The notes beneath the pieces are model-generated. The model saw only the letters and a program-made list of their open reading frames with translations. It was not told where the DNA came from and ran no database searches. The translations under genes and the position numbers were made by a program. Positions 15,916-24,791 of a stretch of 64,000 bases of DNA are shown in pieces. This stretch comes from Cytophagaceae bacterium. Its GTDB lineage: Bacteria; Bacteroidota; Bacteroidia; Cytophagales; UBA9547. The stretch's first letter is position 1, and the number at the start of each line of letters is the position of its first letter. Location of the stretch: the NCBI GenBank assembly GCA_027488865.1, contig JAIYAU010000025.1:128359-192358 (forward strand). The letters are read 5' to 3'.

Positions 15916-18807
15916 ATGAAGACCATCGTTTTAGTGTTCTTGACATTGATAATCTATTATTCTGATGCTCAAATTAGTACAGGAATAAATAATGAAAATC
16001 CTAATTCCAAAGCAGCATTGGACATCAAAGGTAGTTTTACCACGCCACAAGGCCTACTTATTCCTAGATATTCAACCGATCAAAGTCTAATTTTTAACTT
16101 ATCAGGCAATAACGCCGTGGGCCTTACCTATTATGATACCACTGCAGGCATTTTTAGATATTACCAAGGAAATGGCATATGGTCTACTTATGGAGGTATT
16201 GGATCTGGGTCAAACAACTGGTCGCTTACTGGAAATTCGTTTACTGCAGCGGATACAGCGGGGTCTGGAATTAAGTTTTTAGGTACTACAAATCTTACTC
16301 CATTGATTTTCATGACCAATGGTATACAACGAATGAGGATTGGACGAAATGGAAACTTGGGTATAGGTATGAATCCAAATTCTGGGATACCTGTCTCAAT
16401 AAAATCTACTGGTATTGGACAAATACTACAAATAGAGTCAAGTGCGGCGCAAGAACCACTTTTTGAATTTAGAGAAACTTCCAATAATTATGCGCGGTTG
16501 GTACTTAACAACGGTGGTACCAACGCAATTCAGCTTTCGGCAGGGCCCGATTTTTCCACCTATTTTAAAGGAACGTATGTTGGTATAAACAATTCATCTC
16601 CTACAGCTCGGTTTAATGTTACAGGATGGAGTAGATTCGATACCTTGGCTGGATCGGGTATTGCCTCAGTAATGGTAAATGCCAATGGAGATTTATATCG
16701 AGGTTCATCGGGTTTAGCCTGGAGTATAATTGGCAATTCGGGGACCAACAATACCAATTTTTTGGGCACAACAGATAACGTCGATTTGAGGTTTCGTACA
16801 AATAACTTGACTCGCATGGTGATAGATTCAGCAACTGGCAATATAGGTATTGGTACATCCACTCCAAACGGTGCACTTGATATCATGAGAGAAGGTATTC
16901 TTCCTGCTTTTTTGATAGCTACAAGCCATAGCGGTACTAATAATGCTAATGGCACCTCTATCATCATGAGAAGATCTGCTGGAACTACTGCCTCTGGGGC
17001 AGCCTTAGTTGGTACAGATGATCTTATAGGGCAAATAGCAGCTCAAGGATATACGAGTGGAAATGTCTTTGCAAATGCAGCAGGCATTCTTCTAGAAGTA
17101 GATTCCATTTCGTCGGTTACTAGCATGCCTGGCAGGATACGATTTACCACCACCCCAGTTGGTACAATTACGCCTATAGAAAGAATGAGAATTTCTAACA
17201 ATGGAAGGGTTGGTATTGGTACTACAGCCCCACTAGCAACTTTACATATTCAGTCACCAAGTGTGATTACCTCCAACACCCAATTTGGTAATTTACACGT
17301 TTCGTCTTCAAACTCCCAAACTTCTAATCTCGGCGGGTCTATTACGCTGGGAGGCTATAACGACATCGCAGCTACCAGTTTAAGCGTTTTTGGATCTATT
17401 GAAGGCCGTAAAACTACCGCCACTTCTGGTCAAAGCTCAGGTTATTTGATATTCAAAACCAATACATTAGGTATATTGTCAGAACAAATGCGTATTGCAA
17501 ATAATGGTAATATAGGGATTGGTACTGCTGTTACTGCGACCAAAAAGGTAAGTATCGATATTCCTTCAACAAATACCACAGAAGCGGACGCATTATCCAT
17601 TAATACAGCTTATAGTGGCATTGGCTCTAAAAGGGGTCTTTACATCAATCTTACTTCTGATGGAAGTGGTAACCATTATGGAATATATAATGATGTGGAT
17701 GGTTTGGCGGGAGATATAAGTCCTTTGTATGGAACTTACAATTCATTTACTCCTAATGGAACCGGAACTGCATATGGAAGTTACACAACTATTTCGAACG
17801 TTGGTACTGGTTTAAGATATGGTGCATATTATGAACTTACTAGTGGGGCTGCTAATGTTAGTCCTATCTACAGTACATATTCAAGGCTTAATGTAACTGG
17901 TACAAACACACATTATGCCTATTATGGTGAATTTCTTGGAGCTGGCACGGGCCTAAAGTATGGAATTTATATGGATGGGGACTCGATGAATTACTTTAAT
18001 GGTCGTGTAGGTATCGGAACAACCGCCCCTGCGGGAAAGCTTCATGTAGAAGAACGAGATGGAACTATCTTTACCTCTAATAATTTCGGTGATGGTGGCC
18101 CAGGTCTAGTAATTAATAATACTTCACCTACCGACGATGAAACCACGTTTTTGGAATTTAGGGCCAATAACACTCGAATAGGATCTATCCACATGAGATA
18201 TGTTAGTGGCGTTAATACTTCTGCTATGAATGTTGGTACCTATAATAATAACGCTCTGGTAATGGTAACAAATTCTTTTGAAAGAATGAGAATAACCCAA
18301 GCCGGTCTTGTAGGGATTGGAATGACCCCAGTATATCAACTTCAATTGTCGACCAACAGTGCAGCCAAACCAACTTCTGGTACATGGACCGTAGCCTCTG
18401 ATGCAAGGTTAAAAAAGGACATTGCTCCATTCAAGTCTGGTCTTACCGATGTTCTGTCAATTAATCCTGTTTGGTTTACTTACACTGGTAAAGCTGGTAT
18501 GCCAAAAGAAACAGGAGTTGGTGTAATTGCCCAAGAACTGCAAAAAGTAGCTCCTTATATGGTTGGCACTTGGAAACACAAAGAAGACAATTTGGAAACA
18601 GAATATTTAGCAGTCGACAATGGGGCAATGACTTACATGCTTGTGAATGCTACCAAAGAGTTACATGAAAAGCTAGAAATGGTAACCACCCAAAACTTGC
18701 TTCTGAAAAATGAAGTCGAAAATTTAAAGCGATTAAATCTACAATTTGCCTCTGAAATAGAAAAAATAAAGTCAGTTCTTGGATTAGGAATCGAGGCAAA
18801 AAAATAA
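15916..18807 (+). CDS. secreted tail-fibre-like repeat protein with C-terminal peptidase S74 (intramolecular chaperone) domain
   Basis: Signal peptide MKTIVLVFLTLIIYYSDAQ. A motif xRMRIxxxGNVGIGTxxP recurs at least 6 times. The C-terminal SDARLKKDIAPF...GVIAQELQKVAPYMV matches the S74 Ser-Lys autoprocessing motif SDxRxK, followed by a final coiled coil. Confidence 0.85.
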   Translation: MKTIVLVFLTLIIYYSDAQISTGINNENPNSKAALDIKGSFTTPQGLLIPRYSTDQSLIFNLSGNNAVGLTYYDTTAGIFRYYQGNGIWSTYGGIGSGSNNWSLTGNSFTAADTAGSGIKFLGTTNLTPLIFMTNGIQRMRIGRNGNLGIGMNPNSGIPVSIKSTGIGQILQIESSAAQEPLFEFRETSNNYARLVLNNGGTNAIQLSAGPDFSTYFKGTYVGINNSSPTARFNVTGWSRFDTLAGSGIASVMVNANGDLYRGSSGLAWSIIGNSGTNNTNFLGTTDNVDLRFRTNNLTRMVIDSATGNIGIGTSTPNGALDIMREGILPAFLIATSHSGTNNANGTSIIMRRSAGTTASGAALVGTDDLIGQIAAQGYTSGNVFANAAGILLEVDSISSVTSMPGRIRFTTTPVGTITPIERMRISNNGRVGIGTTAPLATLHIQSPSVITSNTQFGNLHVSSSNSQTSNLGGSITLGGYNDIAATSLSVFGSIEGRKTTATSGQSSGYLIFKTNTLGILSEQMRIANNGNIGIGTAVTATKKVSIDIPSTNTTEADALSINTAYSGIGSKRGLYINLTSDGSGNHYGIYNDVDGLAGDISPLYGTYNSFTPNGTGTAYGSYTTISNVGTGLRYGAYYELTSGAANVSPIYSTYSRLNVTGTNTHYAYYGEFLGAGTGLKYGIYMDGDSMNYFNGRVGIGTTAPAGKLHVEERDGTIFTSNNFGDGGPGLVINNTSPTDDETTFLEFRANNTRIGSIHMRYVSGVNTSAMNVGTYNNNALVMVTNSFERMRITQAGLVGIGMTPVYQLQLSTNSAAKPTSGTWTVASDARLKKDIAPFKSGLTDVLSINPVWFTYTGKAGMPKETGVGVIAQELQKVAPYMVGTWKHKEDNLETEYLAVDNGAMTYMLVNATKELHEKLEMVTTQNLLLKNEVENLKRLNLQFASEIEKIKSVLGLGIEAKK

Positions 18808-19112
18808 TTTTAATAGTTTAATTATTTCTCCTACAACTTCTTCCAGTAAAAATTTAATTATTTATTTTAAAATTACCCAAAAAGTTGACATCCCTCAAAA
18901 ATAAACAAGTAGACCTGAGGTAAATGAGGCAAAAAATAAGCGATTATGATGTTTATTTGAAATCAAAACTTAAAAAATGGCAACTTAAAAATTGGTGCGT
19001 GCGGAAGGACAAACTAAAATCATCATCCATAACAATACAATTTTAAATTGTTTCTAATAACAAGAATTACATTAATTTATATTAACAACCTCTCATTATA
19101 AACTCATAAAAA

Positions 19113-19143
19113 ACAGAGGCTGATCAAACTGACCAGCCTCTGT
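19113..19143 (-). terminator. rho-independent terminator after the GH3 gene
   Basis: 10-bp stem ACAGAGGCTG / CAGCCTCTGT. On the minus strand it is followed by TTTTTATGAG. Confidence 0.6.
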
Positions 19144-19182
19144 TCAAATTAATAAATATAACAAAACCAATATTTGAAAATA

Positions 19183-21498
19183 TTATTCAGTGTAAGCAAA
19201 TTTGGCAACTTTGTCCCCAATCATTAGCTCAAATTCACCTGCTTCTGTTACAGTTTTCAATTCAGCATTTACAAATGCCAAATCGTCTTTGTTAATAACA
19301 AATTCAACCAATTTTGACTGACCAGCTGCTATAAAAACCTTCTCGAATTTTCTTAACCTTTTAACATTTGGAGTAATAGAAGCAAATAAATCTTTAGAAT
19401 ATAATTCAACAGCTATTTTTCCATCAACTTTTCCAGTATTTTTTACTTCTACCGATACTTTAATCGAACCAGTCTTGGTTAATGTGCTTGAAGATAATTT
19501 CAAATCACCGTAGGCAAAAGTAGTATAACTCAACCCATGGCCAAATGGATATTGTGGTTTGTATCCGTTGTAAGTTATTCTACCTGGAGATAATTCCTGA
19601 ATTTCATCCAGTAATTTATGGTCATACGTCATAATATCACCTGTGAATCTTGGATATGTATAAGGAAGTTTGCCATCCGGATTGTAGTTTCCATAAAGAA
19701 CATCCGCGATTGCTTCAGCACCTTTGCTACCCGGCCAGTAAGCTTGTAATATGGCAGACGCTTTTGGCTCAATCGCATTTATAACACGTGGTCTACCTTC
19801 TGTAAGGACGATAATTACTTGTTTACCAGTTGCAAATGCCGCATTTGCCAAATCTATTTGATTTTGTGGCAAGGTAAGGTCGTCAATCACACCGGGCTGT
19901 TCTGCATAGGCATCCTCACCCAAACATAAGATGATTACATCCACAGTTTTGGCCATTTCTGTCAATACATCCACTTTGTAATTTTTCTTTTTATCAAAAC
20001 CTTCCGCCGACATAGTTACTACTTTATCTGCGCCAACAAGATTTTCAATAGCCTTACGAATTGTTATGTTAGATTGAGGATAGTACTTTGTAACATCTCC
20101 TTGCCAAGTATAAGACCAACAACCGTTTAATGATGTAAGATTTTCACCCCCAGGACCTGCTACTAATACTTTTTTCGTTTTACTTAAAGGTAAAGCATTA
20201 GCAATATCAGTTTCCACAAACTTTTCATTTTTTAATAAAGTAATAGATTCGTGTGCTAAATCTAAAGCTACAGATTTGTATTCTGCTAAACCAAAGTTTT
20301 TAGTGGCAGTAGGTTCAGGATAAGCATTATCAAATAAACCAGTGTTAAATTTCAATTTAAGAATTCTTCCACAAGCTTCGTCAATTCTGGCCATGGGCAC
20401 CTGACCTTCCTTCACCAAGGCTACAAGATGATCGAAAAAAGTAAAGTCATGCGGCACCATGCTCATGTCAATACCAGCCATTACTGCCATTTTCACAGCC
20501 TCTTTAGGAGTTGAAGCTACTTTGTGGCGTTCGTGTAATCTAATAATATCTTCCCAATCAGATACTGCAACACCTTTAAAACCAAGTTCTTTTCTTAAAA
20601 TATCTGTAAGTAGATATTTGCTTGCATGTACAGGAATTCCATTAATTTCACTTGAATTAACCATCACAGTAGACGCTCCAGCATCAACAGCTGCTTTAAA
20701 AGGAGGTAAAAAATATTCTCTTAAAGTAATATCAGGTATAAGTGCTGGTGTACGGTCTTTACCACTTTGAGGGAAAGAATATCCGATATAATGTTTCATA
20801 CAAGAAGCAACGGCAGTTGGATTTTTCAAGCCATCTTCTTCATAAGTTTTTACCACACCTGATCCAAACACCTTTGCCATGTACACATCCTCTCCAAAAG
20901 TTTCTGGAAATCTTGACCAAAGTGGTTGACGACCCACATCTAAAACTGGATTAAAATTCCAACGAATACCTGAAGCACGTGTCTCTTTAGCTGTTATTTT
21001 TGCTGCTTTATTTACCAAAGTGGGATTGCGAGTAGCTGCTAAGCCAATATTTTGTGGAAATAAAGTGGATTCCAAAGTAAATGTAGTTCCATGAATAGCA
21101 TCAATACCATATAAAACTGGAATTTTGTTGGGTGTTTCTTTGGTGGCTACATCTTGAATTTGTTTTAAAATAGAATGCCAAGTTTCAACAGAATATGCAT
21201 GATTTATAGCGTTTAATATTGAACCAACTTTATAATCTACTACTGCTTTGCGTAAAGCAACGATGTCAACAGAACCATCTTGGTTGCCATAGCCATCTTT
21301 TAAAACAAGATTAAGGTTTACCTGAGTCATTTGACCAACTTTTTCTTCAATGGTCATTTTAGCAAGCAAAGCCTCTACCTTTTTATCAGTTTCATCCTTA
21401 GTTTGTTGGTCTTTTTGAGGGTCTAATGCCATAACTAATGAGGTATTTGCAAGTATACCCAGTATTATTAAGGCTTTTTTAATATTAAGTTTGTTCAT
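19183..21498 (-). CDS. bglX: glycoside hydrolase family 3 beta-glucosidase-like enzyme
   Basis: 771 aa with a signal peptide. GFKGVAVSDWEDI carries the GH3 nucleophile motif SDW. It has the GH3 N and C domains plus a Fn3-like tail. Confidence 0.9.
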   Translation of the reverse strand: MNKLNIKKALIILGILANTSLVMALDPQKDQQTKDETDKKVEALLAKMTIEEKVGQMTQVNLNLVLKDGYGNQDGSVDIVALRKAVVDYKVGSILNAINHAYSVETWHSILKQIQDVATKETPNKIPVLYGIDAIHGTTFTLESTLFPQNIGLAATRNPTLVNKAAKITAKETRASGIRWNFNPVLDVGRQPLWSRFPETFGEDVYMAKVFGSGVVKTYEEDGLKNPTAVASCMKHYIGYSFPQSGKDRTPALIPDITLREYFLPPFKAAVDAGASTVMVNSSEINGIPVHASKYLLTDILRKELGFKGVAVSDWEDIIRLHERHKVASTPKEAVKMAVMAGIDMSMVPHDFTFFDHLVALVKEGQVPMARIDEACGRILKLKFNTGLFDNAYPEPTATKNFGLAEYKSVALDLAHESITLLKNEKFVETDIANALPLSKTKKVLVAGPGGENLTSLNGCWSYTWQGDVTKYYPQSNITIRKAIENLVGADKVVTMSAEGFDKKKNYKVDVLTEMAKTVDVIILCLGEDAYAEQPGVIDDLTLPQNQIDLANAAFATGKQVIIVLTEGRPRVINAIEPKASAILQAYWPGSKGAEAIADVLYGNYNPDGKLPYTYPRFTGDIMTYDHKLLDEIQELSPGRITYNGYKPQYPFGHGLSYTTFAYGDLKLSSSTLTKTGSIKVSVEVKNTGKVDGKIAVELYSKDLFASITPNVKRLRKFEKVFIAAGQSKLVEFVINKDDLAFVNAELKTVTEAGEFELMIGDKVAKFAYTE

Positions 21499-21554
21499 TT
21501 TGTATAATTATAGGTGAAATGTAAAATTTTAGTGACAATTACTTATAATAAAAA

Positions 21555-21589
21555 AGTACGCACCCATTGTAACTAGTTGAATGCGTACT
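21555..21589 (-). terminator. hairpin between the 196-aa gene and the GH3 gene (possible attenuator/terminator)
   Basis: AGTACGCA / TGCGTACT stem with a 19-nt loop. On the minus strand it is followed by TTTTTATTAT. Confidence 0.35.
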
Positions 21590-21600
21590 TTGTAATAAAA

Positions 21601-22191
21601 CTATTTTTTGTCGGCAGGTACTTTATCTGCGGTTAATAATTTAAACTCATCGATAAGGATAACTCCTGAAAATGGTTTTGAATGATTACCTGGATTCACA
21701 AAGAACAAAAATTCTTTAATTTCTTCAGGATCAACTTTATCGGTACTTGGCCAACTTTGTTTGAACTTATCAGCAGAGAATACAAAATAAACATCTTGCC
21801 ATTCTGTACCTGGTTCTATAGTTTTAATGATAGAGTTTGCGTTGGTAATTCTATCATCAACATCTTTCAAATCAAGTCTTAATTTTGTAGAAGTTGGTCC
21901 TTCTAGTTTAAGTCTTACTTTAACAGTGTTCAGTTTTGTAAAATCAATAGTTTCTGCAGCATGATCTCTACCAAATGTATTATAGCCGTTATCTACCTTT
22001 GGATCACCAGCATTAGTTATGGTAACTTTTAACGCACCTTCAACTTGTTCAACTTTGTAGGCGGCACTTTTCCACCAACTCCAAATACCCGGTTTTTCAA
22101 AATCATCTACTAACTTTTCAGTTTGTGAATACACTGTAGTAAATGCCATAGTAGCAAGCGCGAAGCAGATTGATGTTAATCTTTTTTTCAT
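21601..22191 (-). CDS. secreted single-domain protein of an unrecognised, putatively carbohydrate-binding (beta-sandwich-like) family
   Basis: Signal peptide MKKRLTSICFALATMAFTTVYSQ. It shares the motif LRLDLKDVDD...SWPS...V...FFVNPG...F.G...ID with both halves of 22253..23404. Confidence 0.65.
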   Translation of the reverse strand: MKKRLTSICFALATMAFTTVYSQTEKLVDDFEKPGIWSWWKSAAYKVEQVEGALKVTITNAGDPKVDNGYNTFGRDHAAETIDFTKLNTVKVRLKLEGPTSTKLRLDLKDVDDRITNANSIIKTIEPGTEWQDVYFVFSADKFKQSWPSTDKVDPEEIKEFLFFVNPGNHSKPFSGVILIDEFKLLTADKVPADKK

Positions 22192-22252
22192 TAGATGTAA
22201 AATTTAAAATTAAAGTTGTTATTATAAATGCAAATAGTCTGCCAAACTTATA

Positions 22253-23404
22253 TTATTTGTTGTCGTTGGCGTCACCCGTATACACTGCCTCAATATCGTC
22301 TATATAAATGGTTCCCTTAAAAGGTGCTTTACCAGCATTTACAAATATTACAAACTCAACGATACGTTGGCCATCCACCTCGTGCATATCAGGATATGAT
22401 TGTAAGAATCTGCCGCGATAAGAGAAGGTATATTCTTTAAAAGCTCCATCAGGACTTGGCATGATTCTGTTAGTAGCGGGACGAGAGTTGCAAGTAAACC
22501 CATCTACATCCTTTATATCAATTCTTAATTCAGGAACCTCTTCTGTGCCTTCTATTCTAGCTTTTAACTTAAGTTTATAGGCATTGTTAAAATTGATAGA
22601 TTTAAATCCACGTCCAAATGCTTCATAACCAGGGCCTGCACCATTACATTCAATTTTAAGCGATCCTTCTTCCGTTTTTGATAATTTATAAAATTTATCA
22701 GTGCCCCACCAAGGTGTAATATTGGAAGCAAAATCGTCAATCAAACCACCGTCCTTACCTGGAGGAAGTTGAATTTTTTCTGTTTCTTTAACCGAATCAC
22801 CAGGAACTACTTGAATCTGTTTTATTTTTAAACTTCCTGTATAAGGTGTGCCTCCTGGATTTACAAAAAACATCACCTTTGTAATAGCACCAGCATTTAC
22901 CTCATGAGCAGAAGGCCACGATTGTACAAAGGCACCTTTTAATGGGAAATAATAATCTCTCACTTTTCCGTCGTTGGCGATTCTATTGGTTGGTCTTTTA
23001 GCATTGGTTTGATATCCATCCACATCATCGAGTTGCAAACACATGGTTGGCATTTCATCACCATCTGCTACCGCTTGTACTTTAATAGCCAAATCTTTAG
23101 AGAAATCTAGTCCAGGAAGACCTTGACCAATTGGTGTGTATTTTGGACCAACATTTTTGAACCTAACATTATACCCCCCGTCAACTTGCTCAATAGATAT
23201 TTCTTCACCCGCATTGGAACCTGTCCACCAAACAGGACCATCCATTAAATTACCATTGGAATAACTTAATGCTGGTATACCTACCTCAACGGTAGTGTCA
23301 GCAGCTGCCGAGGTGTCGTCAAAAGTCGGGGTTTCTACACTAGCACAATCTTTGAGTACTAATAAAATCCCTAAACATGATATTTTTAATAAATTAATCA
23401 TCAT
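22253..23404 (-). CDS. secreted/lipoprotein with two tandem copies of the same domain
   Basis: 383 aa. Halves at ~45-200 and ~215-380 each contain GP.Y...G....DF....K...LDDVDG/IDIKDVDG ... QSWP/QSYP ... FFVNPG/IFVNAG ... G.L/IYID. Confidence 0.65.
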   Translation of the reverse strand: MMINLLKISCLGILLVLKDCASVETPTFDDTSAAADTTVEVGIPALSYSNGNLMDGPVWWTGSNAGEEISIEQVDGGYNVRFKNVGPKYTPIGQGLPGLDFSKDLAIKVQAVADGDEMPTMCLQLDDVDGYQTNAKRPTNRIANDGKVRDYYFPLKGAFVQSWPSAHEVNAGAITKVMFFVNPGGTPYTGSLKIKQIQVVPGDSVKETEKIQLPPGKDGGLIDDFASNITPWWGTDKFYKLSKTEEGSLKIECNGAGPGYEAFGRGFKSINFNNAYKLKLKARIEGTEEVPELRIDIKDVDGFTCNSRPATNRIMPSPDGAFKEYTFSYRGRFLQSYPDMHEVDGQRIVEFVIFVNAGKAPFKGTIYIDDIEAVYTGDANDNK

Positions 23405-23422
23405 CTACTAATTTGTTTATTA

Positions 23423-24769
23423 CTAATATTTTGAAGGATCGAAAGGCCCGCCTAAGGTAATTGTAGGGTAATCGAAAATCATTTTACTGAATGTTCTTGG
23501 AGATCCGGCAATTAGTGCCATTTGAACCCTACAAATGCGTGTTGGTTCTTTAATTTTATTCCCTGATCCACCAGAACCAGCCACTATAGAACTGTTTAAG
23601 TCAGAGAACCTAAAACTGTAGAGCTTCCATCCTTTGGTATCTGGTTTGATGCTTACTTCCCAAGAATCATCTGATGCTGGATCGTGTCTATTTCTTAAAG
23701 TGTACCCAAACCTTCCAAATTGACTTACGGTAACTTCAGTTTCTTGCACACGTGCATTACAAAACTCTTGTAATGGGCCACTTCTTTGATAAATACGCAA
23801 GGTATCTCGCTGTGCTTGTGTAATCGTTCCATTAAGAGCGGAAACTGGTTTTAGTTTGTCATTACTGGCATCAGCTTCATGTAATTGAAAACTTACCAAA
23901 GAATTCATCGTGGTATCATCACCATACAAATAAATATTGAGCCAGATATCAGAAGGGTCTGTCCAAGTGGTTAAGAATCCATTGCCTCTGCCGTAATATC
24001 TATGTTGTACAGCTCCTGCGAAATAAAACGTTTCGTCACATTTTCCTTTACCTACCGAATCAGGCACACCAGACATTCTAAAACATCTGTTACCTTCTAC
24101 CATTTTATCAATATTTGAATTTTTTAAAGTCACAACGGCTGACTTTCCAATATAAAGTGCAGATAAGCTTTTATAAGCTTCTGGTAAAGCAGCGGAGTTA
24201 GTTGAAGATTCTAAAAATTGAAACTGCGCTGGAAATTGAAGTGGTCTATTTGCACCTACAGTATCTTCAAAATCTCCAGTATTAATCAAATTTACTCCAT
24301 CAGCAATAGAATTAAAATTTCTAGGTCTTAAGATAGTGAATGTATCTCTTACTACATAACTGGTACCAAGAAACGACAATTCTGCAAAACATCTTTCATT
24401 TCTTTTAAAGAAAAATAGACCGTTATGACCACCTCTCCACAAAGTATTGATGTCATCAATAGAACTAGATAAGCCTGAAAATTCTTTATAAGCACCAGAT
24501 TTCTCACCAGTTATCACCAATTTCCAAGAAACAGGCTGATTAAATAAAGCGTTAAAACTAATTTTACTGGTAGTCGAAGTAAAATCAAGTGAATTGGCTT
24601 TGGCACCATTAATTTCCACGGTAAATGAATCTGCCTTGAAACCTGGTCCAGCCACCTGATATTTTGGTCCAACGTAATCAGGATACTTTTTACAAGCCAT
24701 CATCACTAGAAACATAACGAACGTTCCAGCTAATAATATTTGATAGAATTTACTTAAATTGGTTTTCAT
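23423..24769 (-). CDS. hypothetical lipoprotein (448 aa)
   Basis: Signal peptide plus lipobox ...FLVMMACKK. No family recognised. It is tightly spaced within the operon. Confidence 0.65.
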   Translation of the reverse strand: MKTNLSKFYQILLAGTFVMFLVMMACKKYPDYVGPKYQVAGPGFKADSFTVEINGAKANSLDFTSTTSKISFNALFNQPVSWKLVITGEKSGAYKEFSGLSSSIDDINTLWRGGHNGLFFFKRNERCFAELSFLGTSYVVRDTFTILRPRNFNSIADGVNLINTGDFEDTVGANRPLQFPAQFQFLESSTNSAALPEAYKSLSALYIGKSAVVTLKNSNIDKMVEGNRCFRMSGVPDSVGKGKCDETFYFAGAVQHRYYGRGNGFLTTWTDPSDIWLNIYLYGDDTTMNSLVSFQLHEADASNDKLKPVSALNGTITQAQRDTLRIYQRSGPLQEFCNARVQETEVTVSQFGRFGYTLRNRHDPASDDSWEVSIKPDTKGWKLYSFRFSDLNSSIVAGSGGSGNKIKEPTRICRVQMALIAGSPRTFSKMIFDYPTITLGGPFDPSKY

Positions 24770-24791
24770 TTAGCTAATTTTAAGTTGTTCA

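Noticed and set aside
16188-16967. Antisense ORFs (98, 135 and 85 aa) inside the tail-fibre-like gene, and similar short ORFs opposite GH3, ftsK, E2, the PP2C sensor and CHAT
   Set aside because: All are embedded in long ORFs with recognisable domains on the other strand, and none has start context or motifs.
15916-18807. Prophage or tailocin interpretation of the tail-fibre/S74 gene
   Set aside because: No other phage structural, packaging, integrase or lysis genes lie within the flanking ~15 kb. The neighbours are VOC/YdeI genes and a glycan operon.
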